Origin: Tubulanus polymorphus
Taxonomy: Eukaryota; Animalia; Nemertea
Length of the DNA: 64,000 bases
Assembly: GCF_964204645.1 (NCBI RefSeq)
Contig: NC_134027.1
Span: 2,264,485 to 2,328,484, forward strand
Direction of reading: 5' to 3'
Below the pieces are notes generated by a model that did no database searches, was not told the origin of the DNA, and saw only the letters and a list, made by a program, of their open reading frames with translations. The position numbers and the translations under genes are program-made. Every line of letters begins with the position of its first letter. Within the stretch, counting starts at the first letter, position 1. Of the stretch, positions 39,094 through 54,039 are shown piece by piece.

Positions 39094-40119
39094 CTAACAT
39101 GTATTTTTGCGGTATTTCCACGAATGCAAAATTTCATCGTCGATTTTGAGAATCTCTGTCACATGACCCGCATGGCAAGATCGCTGTACAAACGGAAATA
39201 CACCCTGTAGATCGGCGCATTTTACTGAAACGACGCGTTTCATTTCCCAGGTTGTATGAGATACGTTATGGGTAACACACATTGTGTTAACATCACCATA
39301 CGCCGTTTCCATAACTTTCTCTTTGTTTTTCGGTGCTGGTAACCATAAACCCATAAATGGCACCTTCGATAACGGAAAAATATCATCGCGCCTGTGATTG
39401 AACGGACTTCTAAAAATGCTGTCGTATAATCTCCCATCCGCCTCCAAATACGGATAGACGTCAATAAAAGGCCACGATTTATTCTTGTATGAGATTTTCC
39501 ACGGCCTTTTCTTCGGCATTTTGATTTTTAGTTTCGTCACCAGCGCGTCATTCCTCTCAAACAAGTCTCTTATGATCCGAAAAGTGGCCATCGGTGACAA
39601 AACATCGAAATCATCGTCCCAAGGTACAGGTCCGTGGTGTCGATAGGCACCGATCACTGAGCCGGCATTCAGAAAAAATGTAGCGTTGATTTTATCCATT
39701 ATTTGAGTGAATAATCTAATGAGGTTTTTGTACTTCTTCCACACGCGTGGAGTCAACTCATGTTCCGTAAAACTCTTCACAGTTAAAGTATGTTGTTGAT
39801 TCGTTTTGATCCAATTATTCCTCACGCGATCAATAACCTTATAGTACATGAAAGTATTGAAGTCAGAACAGCATTCGATTTGTCGAATTGGTCGCGAAGT
39901 GTTCAGAAATTCTCGGCGCAATTTCTTCTCAGATCTATAAACTGTAGTCCCGGTAATCGTGTGATCTGAATTGTTGAGAAATCCTCGACGGAATGGTATA
40001 TTCTGATGTTTGTAAAGTGATGTAACAAAAACTTCCCAATAACGGATATAAGCTACGAATAGAACAGTTACCAAAATACAAATAAAATATGCGTAATTTG
40101 CGTTTCCGGCGATCATCAT
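39094..40119 (-). CDS. LicD/fukutin-family phosphotransferase, copy 1 (type II membrane, intronless)
   Basis: N-terminal TM; FLNAGSVIGAYRHHGPVPWDDDFDV matches the LicD G(S/T)xxGAxRH..PWDxDxD motif; FIDVYPY; IFPL..F.G...PAP. Confidence 0.9.
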   Translation of the reverse strand: MMIAGNANYAYFICILVTVLFVAYIRYWEVFVTSLYKHQNIPFRRGFLNNSDHTITGTTVYRSEKKLRREFLNTSRPIRQIECCSDFNTFMYYKVIDRVRNNWIKTNQQHTLTVKSFTEHELTPRVWKKYKNLIRLFTQIMDKINATFFLNAGSVIGAYRHHGPVPWDDDFDVLSPMATFRIIRDLFERNDALVTKLKIKMPKKRPWKISYKNKSWPFIDVYPYLEADGRLYDSIFRSPFNHRRDDIFPLSKVPFMGLWLPAPKNKEKVMETAYGDVNTMCVTHNVSHTTWEMKRVVSVKCADLQGVFPFVQRSCHAGHVTEILKIDDEILHSWKYRKNTC

Positions 40120-41853
40120 GCTTACTAAACAGAGACTTCAGAGAAAATATGTTCAATATGTCACTTTCATTATACAACCGTGCAGTACGAATAGTTACGA
40201 CGACTGGACAAGGGTAACATTTACACAATATTACATGGAGGATGGTCACCATATCAGCTGTAGTTGCCCAACAGCTGTAATTCTGTTATGCGTTATGGTC
40301 ATCGAAGCAAGTACCGCCCACAGTGCCACGCTGCACTGCGTATTCGTCCTTGGTATCAGCGTGGTGAACTTTCATTCAGCAAGTGAATTTTCAGGCGTAA
40401 ACCCCCTTTCTCGGGTTTTTCCCTTGAGAAAATAGAAATTCAGAAAATTCCCAGGGGGTTTTCAATTCCGCTTTAGCGTACAGAAAGGTTTTATGGAAAA
40501 TCTTATATTTGCAACGAAATTATCGGGTGAAAGTGGTGTCTTACATTTTCCGGATAGGATATCAAGGGGCTAAAGCCCCTAAAATTTTAATACTGCATGA
40601 TATCATTGTAAACATAAGTTAATGGGTAAACAGTTTTGTGAAATATTCAACATGGTTCGGACAGATTCAGCGGTCATCCATAACATCAATCAGTGTTTAA
40701 AAGATAGAATTGTCAAAAAGGCTAAATTGGTATAGGTTAAATACTTGTGATAACAGAGTCTTTTCTGGCTCAGATGTAATGAAATATCTACAACCATTAT
40801 TGCAGTATGATGTTGATAGATGTTTTTAACCGAATGTTCAGATGAGAGAGAGAGAAAAAATGAGTACATGTGCTTATATCGCCACCTGGCCAGTCCGGTA
40901 CTGATAAAAAGTCTTTAATACCCAGAATAACCCTTTAGAAATATAAAATGAATACACGTAGAGCGTTTCATAAAACTGGACCCTCGGAGAATGTTCCATA
41001 ACTCCGGTTGAAGGTCGGTGTTGGAAGCTGGTTATTTATGAAATTGCAGAGGGGGTTGGGAAGCTATCTGCAGAAAATGATCGGTGTGTGATAAACCAGT
41101 AAGAAGAAACATAGCTTGACTAAACACACTTACTAATTCCTAATTGCGCCTAACTGACCACAAGTGGATTGAAAGTAAAATCAACTGGATTCAGGCCTAA
41201 TTAATTCATTGCGCATTTTGCATTATGAACTTAAAGAACACAAGAGATCATAAGAAGACAGTTCACTGTTTCGAGTCCATATGACTAAGTTAATGATGCC
41301 CCTCTGCAACCTCAATGAAACTTGTCTTCATATATTGACTGCCACTGACGTTTTGGGCCATTTCTGGTTTTTTAATGCTCTGTTAACAACAGCCAAGCAT
41401 GAATATTATCAATTATAAAGTAATTAAGTTATTTTAGATATATTCAAGTTATTAGAACTAATGACTAAAATCAATAACATCTTATTCCAATCCTCTGAAT
41501 CACTCGGATAGATATAATAATCACATTAACCACTTATATAGAGTCGCGTCCGAGTGATTTTATTAATTTTCCGTCCACCGCAAAAATGTCACATGTGCCA
41601 AAAATTCAATATCAACATGTAACATCTTGAACAAACAACGTTTATACCAAACACAACGGGCGCCGCTTACGAGATAGATGACAACTGGTTCTAAATAAGC
41701 CGCTATATCCCGGTATATTCATGACGCCAAATGATGAAATTTTGATATTTTTCAGATATAGATCCTGTAGATGAAAGTTTAGCGTAAGACTTTTTTTTAA
41801 ATTTCCAAACAAATTTTTGCTTCGTTGCGCATGATGTCCTAATTGATATTTGA

Positions 41854-42879
41854 CTAACATGTATTTTTGCGGTATTTCCACATGTGCAAAATTTCATCGT
41901 CGATTTTGAGAATCTCTGTCACATGACCCGCGTGGCATGATCGCTGTACAAACGGAAATACACCCTGTAGATCGGCACATTTTACTGAAACGACGGGATT
42001 CATTTCCCAGGTTGTATGAGATACGTTATGGGTAACACACATAGTATTAACATCGCCGAACGCCGTTTCCATAACTTTCTCTTTGTTTTTCGGTGCTGGT
42101 AACCATAAACCCATAAATGGCACCTTCGATAACGGAAAAATGTCATCGCGCCAGTGATTGAACGGACTTTTAAAGATGCTTTCGTATACTCGACCATCCG
42201 CTTCCAAATATGGATAGACGTCAATAAAAGGCCACGATTTATTCTTGTATGAAATTTTCCACGGCCTTTTTTCGGGCATTTTAATTTTCAGTCCCGCCAC
42301 CAGCGTGTCATTCCTCTCAAACAAGTCTCTAATGATCGGAAAAGTAGCCATCGGTGACAAAATATCGAAATCATCGTCCCAAGGTACAGGTCCGTGGTGT
42401 CGATAGGCACCGATCACTGAGCCAGCAGCCAGGAAAAATGTAGCGTTGATTTTACCCATTATTTTAGCGAATAATCTAATGAGGTTTTTGTACTCCTCCC
42501 TCACGCGTGGAGTCAACTCATGATTCGTAAAACTCTTCACGGTTAAAGTATGTTGTTGATTCGTTTTGATCCAATTATTCCTCACGCGATCAATAACCTT
42601 ATCATACATGAAAGTATTGAAGTCAGAACAGCATTCGATTTGTCGAATTGGTCGCGAAGTGTTCAGAAATTCTCGGTGCAATTTCGTCTCAGATATATAA
42701 ACTGTAGTCCCGGCAATCGTGTGACTAAAATTGTTGAGAAATCCTCGACGGAATGGTATATTCTGATGTTTGTAAAGTGATGTAACAAAAACTTCCCAAT
42801 AACGGATATAAGCTACGAATAGAACAGTTAACAAAATACTAATAAGATATGCGTAATTTGCGTTTCCGGCGATCATCAT
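41854..42879 (-). CDS. LicD/fukutin-family phosphotransferase, copy 2
   Basis: 341-aa paralogue of copy 1 with intact PWDDDFD motif. Confidence 0.9.
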   Translation of the reverse strand: MMIAGNANYAYLISILLTVLFVAYIRYWEVFVTSLYKHQNIPFRRGFLNNFSHTIAGTTVYISETKLHREFLNTSRPIRQIECCSDFNTFMYDKVIDRVRNNWIKTNQQHTLTVKSFTNHELTPRVREEYKNLIRLFAKIMGKINATFFLAAGSVIGAYRHHGPVPWDDDFDILSPMATFPIIRDLFERNDTLVAGLKIKMPEKRPWKISYKNKSWPFIDVYPYLEADGRVYESIFKSPFNHWRDDIFPLSKVPFMGLWLPAPKNKEKVMETAFGDVNTMCVTHNVSHTTWEMNPVVSVKCADLQGVFPFVQRSCHAGHVTEILKIDDEILHMWKYRKNTC

Positions 42880-44156
42880 GCTTAGTAAACAGAGACTTCA
42901 GAGAAAATATGTTCAATATGTCGCTGTCACTTTCATTACAACCGTGCAGTACGAATAGTTGCGGGACGGTTAAGGGCGAAGCTTTTTTATATGGAATATA
43001 ATTGGCGAATACAAGAAAATTGTAACTTTTGTTGGCCACCGTTGACAGCTGTGATTCTATTGTGCATAACGTTTATAAAACAATGCGACTCGGCGCATGC
43101 GTACTGCGCATCGGCCTTGATATCAGCTTGGTAAACTTCTGTCAAGCAAGTAAATCTTCACACATACGTCCATTCTCTGAATTTTTCATCTGAAGTACAA
43201 TTGAGTGTATTCAGTTTCCTTGAAAAGAAAGGGAAATAGAAATTCAGAAAAATTCCAAAAAGTAAGAGATCCAAGAGTGTTTTTAATTCCACTTTTGCGT
43301 ACAAAAGGTCTGATGGCAAATTTCTATATTTACAACCAATTTATTGGGGGAAAGTTGATTCTTACATTTTTCGTTTTGGGAATTAATTCAAAATGAAAAA
43401 CGATATAATTGTAAACATGCGTTAATGGTAAACAATTTCTGGAAATCTTCATATGATATATAATGTGATAACATTATCTTTAATTTCCTTTTCAATTTCG
43501 ATTACATATATGAAAATCATTATTGATACACTGGTATACATGAAGATAAATACAGATATATATGAATGAATATTGATATAAATCACGAAGTGGATACATT
43601 TCATAATGTATATAGCTGATCAATCGAAGAAGTTAGGACAGTAAAAAGCCGAGGCTTGTATGAAAGTGGCCCCTACGTTTTCATAGCCGTACAATTTAAT
43701 CACCAACAATTCTCAATTAATGTTTATTGTCTTTTAAATCAATATTACATGACCATAAGTGACAACACGATCACATTTTCACAACGCGGTCTCTCGTATG
43801 TATAATTCATGTATGAATATAGGCCTGAAATTCGAATCCAAATCAAAGTTTGATAAGCATATAGTCCATTTTTTCTATTAAGTTGAAAGTTAACTCATTT
43901 TTTTGCTGTACATAATTTTTAGGAATTTCGATTAGTTATCGGCATGCATGCAATAAGTCCCGCAGCTAAAGTTACGATCTGGGACACTGCATAAGTTAGC
44001 CGGACACGGATCTCCGATGCATTTTGTTCGTTCTCGGCTCAATGTTGCTCATCTCAATGTTCAACCGTTTCGATAAGTTTAAGACATTTTTCAAATTTCC
44101 AAACAAATTTTCGCTTCGCTCGAAATACTGTGCGTAATATCCTAATTGATATTTGA

Positions 44157-45185
44157 CTAACATGTATTTTTGCGGTATTTCCACGAGTGCAAAATTTCAT
44201 CGTCGATTTTGAGAATCTCTGTCACATGACCCGCGTTGCAGGATCGCTGTACAAACGGAAATACACCCTGTAGATCGGCACATTTTAATGAAACGACGGG
44301 AATCATTTCCCACGATGAGTGAGATACGTTAGGGGTAACACACATAGTGTTAACATCGCCGAACGCCGTTTCCATAACTTTCTCTTTGTTTTTCGGTGCT
44401 GGTAACCATAAACCCATAAATGGCACCTTCGATAACGGAAAAATGTCATCGCGCCAGTGATTGAATGGACTTGTAAAAGTGCTGTCGTATAATCTCCCAT
44501 CCACCTCCAAATACGGATAGACGTCAATAAAAGGCCACGATTTTTTCATCTTCTTGTATGAAATTTTCCACGGCCTTTTTTCGCGCATTTTGATTTTTAG
44601 TTTCGCCACCAGCGTGTCATTCCTCTCAAACAAGTCTCTAATGATCGGAAAAGTGGCCACCGGTGACAAAACATCGAAATCATCGTCCCAAGGTACAAGT
44701 CCGTGGTGACGATAGGCTCCGATTAATGAGCCGGCATCCAGAAAATATGTAACGTTGCTTTTATCCATTATTTGAGAGAATAATCTAATGAGGTTTTTGT
44801 ACTCCTCCCTAAAGGGTGGAGTCAACTCATAATGCCTTATTAAACTCTTTAGATTTAAAGTAGGCTGTTGATTAATTTTGATCCAATTATTCCTCACGCG
44901 ATCAATAACCTTATCATACATGATAGTATTGTAGTCAGAACAGCATTCGATTTGTCGAATTGGTCGCGAAGTGTTCAGAAATTCTCGGCGCTTTTTCTCA
45001 GATTTATAAACTGTAGTCCCGGTAATCGTGTGATCTGAATTGTTGAGAAATCCTCGACGGAATGGTATATTCTGATGTTTGTAAACCGATGTTACAAAAA
45101 CTTCCCAATATCGGATATAAGCTACGAATAGAACAATTAACAAAATGCACATAAAATATGCGTAATTTGCGTTTCCGGCGATCAT
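44157..45185 (-). CDS. LicD/fukutin-family phosphotransferase, copy 3
   Basis: 342-aa paralogue; YFLDAGSLIGAYRHHGLVPWDDDFDV. Confidence 0.9.
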   Translation of the reverse strand: MIAGNANYAYFMCILLIVLFVAYIRYWEVFVTSVYKHQNIPFRRGFLNNSDHTITGTTVYKSEKKRREFLNTSRPIRQIECCSDYNTIMYDKVIDRVRNNWIKINQQPTLNLKSLIRHYELTPPFREEYKNLIRLFSQIMDKSNVTYFLDAGSLIGAYRHHGLVPWDDDFDVLSPVATFPIIRDLFERNDTLVAKLKIKMREKRPWKISYKKMKKSWPFIDVYPYLEVDGRLYDSTFTSPFNHWRDDIFPLSKVPFMGLWLPAPKNKEKVMETAFGDVNTMCVTPNVSHSSWEMIPVVSLKCADLQGVFPFVQRSCNAGHVTEILKIDDEILHSWKYRKNTC

Positions 45186-46357
45186 CGCGCTTACTAAACA
45201 GAGACTTCCGAGGATTTATGTTCAATATGTCGCTGTCACTTTCACCATACAACCGAATAGTTGCGGGACAGGCAAGGGTGAAGTTTTTTATATAGAATAA
45301 TAATACATGCAATAACTTTTGTTGGCCACCGTTGACAGCTGTGATTCTATTGTGCATAACGTTAATAAAACAATGTGACCCAGTGCACGCGCACTGCGCA
45401 TCGGCCTCTGAATTTATCATCTTAGTACAATTGAGTTAATTCGGTTTCCCTAAAAAAGGAAAATAGTCATTCAGAAGATCCTAATAGTAAGAGAGCCCAA
45501 GGTTTTTAATTCCACTTTGATTACAAAAGGTTTGACGGCAAATTTCTATATTTGCAACCAATCTATTGGGTGAAAGTGCTTTCTTACATTTTCGTTTTGG
45601 GAATGAAGGATTAAGAGGCCAGGGCCCCTCAAAATGAAAAACGACATAATTGTTAACATACGTTAATGGTAAACAATTTTCTGAAATCTTCATATCATAT
45701 ACAATGTCATATCATTATCTTTATGTTCCTTTTCAATTTCAGTTACATATATGAAAATCATTATTGATACACTGGTATACATGAAGATAAATACAGATAT
45801 ATATGAATGAATATTGACATAAATCACGAAGTGGATACATTTCATAATGTATATAGCTGATCAATTGAAGAAGTTAGGACAGTAAAAAGCCGAGGCTTGT
45901 ATGAAAGTGGCCCCTACGTTTTCATAGCCGTACAATTTAATCACCAACACGATCACGCTACATTTCCACAACGCAGTCTCTCGTACGTATAATTCATGTA
46001 TGAATATAGGCCTGAAATTCGAATCCAAATCATAGTTTGATAAGCATATAGTTCATTACTTCTATTAAGTTGAAAGCAAACTCATTATTTTGTTGTACAT
46101 AATTTTTAGGAATTTCGATTAGTTATCGTCATCCAATAAGCCCCTCAGCTAAAGTTACGATCTGGGACACTGCATAAGTTAGCCGGACACGGATCTCCGA
46201 TGCATTTTGTTCGTTCTCGGCTCAATGTTGCTTATCTCAATGTTCAACCGTTTCGATAAGTTTCAGGCGTGCTTTAAGACATTTTTCAGATCTCCAAACA
46301 AATTTTTGCTTCGCTCGAAATACAGGGACTGTGCGTAATATCCTAATTGATATTTGA

Positions 46358-46995
46358 CTAACATGTATTTTTGCCGTATTTCCACGAGTGCAAAATTTCA
46401 TCGTCGATTTTGAGAATCTCTGTCACATGACCCACGTGGCAGGATCGCTGTACAAACGGAAATACACCCTGTAGATCGGCGCATTTTACTGAAACGACGC
46501 GTTTCATTTTCCAGTTTGAGTGTGATACGTTGCGGGTAACACACATTGCGTTAACATCGCCGAATGCTGTTTCCATAACTTTCTCTTTCCATATCTTTCG
46601 CTTTTGTACTCCTCCCTCACGCGTGGAGTCAACTCATGATTCGTAAAACTCTTCACAGTTAAAGTATGTTGTTGATTCGTTTTGATCCAATTATTCCTCA
46701 CGCGACCAATAACCTTATAATACATGAAAGTATTGAACTCAGAACAGCATTCGATTTGTCGAATTGGTCGCGAAGTGTTCAGAAATTCTCGGCGCAATTT
46801 CTTCTCAGATCTATAAACTGTAGTCCCGGTAATCGTGTGATCTAAATTGTTGAGAAATCCTCGACGGAATGGTATATTCTGATTTTTGTAAAGCGATGTA
46901 ACAAAAACCTCCCAATAACGGATATACGCTACGAATAGAACAGTTAACAAAATACTAATAAGATATGCGTAATTTGCGTTTCCAGCGATCATCAT
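46358..46995 (-). pseudogene. LicD copy 4, catalytic core deleted and frameshifted
   Basis: Homologous to copies 1-3 up to REEYK, then jumps to the KVMETAF region; about 400 bp including PWDDD are missing. Confidence 0.88.
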
Positions 46996-47664
46996 GTTTG
47001 CTAAACAGAGATTTATTCAGAGATTGTTCAATACGTCTCTGTCAATTTCATCACAACCCTGCAGTTGCGACGGCTGTGGGTTATGAGAGTTTTATGGGTG
47101 TTATGGGCAAATGCGATAAAAATCATAGCAGTTGTTGCCCAGCGTTGACAGCTGTGATTCTGAAGTATGCATACGTTTTACGGCGACTGAATTTTCAAAT
47201 CTTGCGTCAATTCTCTGAGTTTTTTATCCGAATTACAATTAAGTTACATACATAATTCCTACATCTTCTGGTGCCACGGAGTATGCTATATTTTTCTATC
47301 GCAAGCAAAAATACCAAAAAGAAATGAAATTATTGTTTTAGTGCAAAAGGGTAAGCCTAAAAATAAACATTAATTTGTCCATCAGAACTATTCCGTTATA
47401 GTTCTATTTGTCCATCTGTAGACTGGTTACCGGTCAACCTTCAACCATAGAACTCAAATCAATTTTGATTTGAGTCTTTGCTTCGCTACTGCGAATTATC
47501 ATAGAATTCAAATCAAATTTGATTAAAATGCGAATGCAAGTGTGCAGAATTGGACAGGCAACCAGTCTATTTGAATATGAATAGCGGATATCATTATAGA
47601 CTGGTCGCCTGTCCAATTCTGCATCACCCGCATTCGCAGTCACAGGGCCAAATTCGGTTTTCGT

Positions 47665-47959
47665 GAGGAGAAAATCCCACAATGATAATAAAAAGTCCGA
47701 AAATGAAACTTCGAGATAGTGGTTTATTTCAACGTTTCGACTATATCCTAATAGTCATCTTCAGGAATAAGATTATAAGACATAAGGAATAATAAGGCAC
47801 ATAAGGAATAAGACATTATTCCTGAAGATGACTATTAGGATATAGTCGAAACGTTGAAATAAACTACTATCTCGAAGTTTCATTTTCGGACTTTTTATTA
47901 TCATTGTGGGATTCTCTCCTCATCGCGTCAACACGGATATAGTGTTCTACCAATCGTGA
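47665..47959 (+). mobile_element. Penelope-like element remnant: inverted pLTR pair with 3' tail and 11-bp TSD
   Basis: About 107-bp near-perfect inverted arms (47664-47770 / 47816-47922), a 37-nt extension on the right arm only, and TSD tcggttttcgt at 47654-47664 and 47960-47970. Confidence 0.75.
47816..47862 (+). ncRNA. Minimal type I hammerhead ribozyme motif (mirror copy on minus strand at 47770-47724)
   Basis: ttattc-CTGAAGA-t-gactat-taggat-atagtc-GAAAC-GTT-gaaataa: conserved core, 6-bp stem II, palindromic ACGT stem III, bulged stem I. Confidence 0.65.
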
Positions 47960-48267
47960 TCGGTTTTCGTATCTAGTCGACTAGTGGTCGGATCGAACTA
48001 ATTAACCGAATGCGCTTGATTTTCGAACTATTTCCGGAAAATAGTTCCGACTAATGGACATTCGGTTTCGTTCAGTTCGACTATAGTCGACCAACTCATT
48101 CCTTATTCTCACATGACCGGACCTGGGTGAAGATAACGAGAAAAACCGGATCCGGAATATGAAGTGACGCCATCCAGTTCAGCGGCGAACACTGACACTA
48201 ACCCGGAAACACTTTCATCATACAATCTTATTCACGTGTGAAACCGGCTCTAAAAAACCAAAACGAA

Positions 48268-53356
<5,089 letters not shown>

Positions 53357-54039
53357 AGCAGTCTGTTCATTAATAAGTCACCTTTTAGTCATTCGTCAAC
53401 TTTTTTTTGGTCTTTTAGAGTTTCGGTTTTCATTATCTCAAATAGACTTAGAGAATAAATCAAAAATAATAGAAATTCATCTTGGTTTTGTTCCTTTGCT
53501 TAAAGGAGTTGTCTCTAACAGATAAATTACCGGATTCCTGATAGTCCTGAATTTAACCCATAAATGAGAACAATATTTGTTTAATATCACAGATCCATTA
53601 TACTTTATTTATTGCATAATATCTGTACATCAAAATTTCTTTAAATCATAAAATGCAAGCTTCAATTTATAGACTTTATTGACTGGCGATAGAAATAAAG
53701 TTCAAATGGCGATAAAGGCTTTCAGCGAGAAATCAAAAGAGGCCGTTGGAAGGAGAAATCGTGGCATGTATTTAAGCCATATTTGCAAGAGGAAAATAAG
53801 CTTCGGGTACACGGCAATACACAAAAAAAAAGATATTGTATGTTTAGCTCTGTGCAATGAGTTAATTGTGGAGCAATAAACTTAACTCAGAATCAATCAA
53901 CACCACTACAAACTCAAGTAGAAACAACATAAATTCTAAGCATACAATAAGTGAATTATTGTAGCTATAAATCTATAAATTTTATACTCCTAATTCAAAC
54001 TATTGTTCACTAAAGTTTCTGATTGGATTTAACCAGTAA

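Larger units (their letters stand above)
38335..47250. repeat. Tandem segmental duplication of four LicD-containing units (about 1.6-2.8 kb each)
   Basis: Flanking non-coding sequence recurs, e.g. aaaatgaaaaacga(c/t)ataatt near 38333, 43390 and 45631; 43450-44150 is nearly identical to 45690-46350. Confidence 0.85.

Noticed and set aside
39240-44527. Repeated 74-aa ORFs (MTSIRIW...) in the ORF track
   Set aside because: Alternative frames inside the LicD genes, repeated only because of the duplication.
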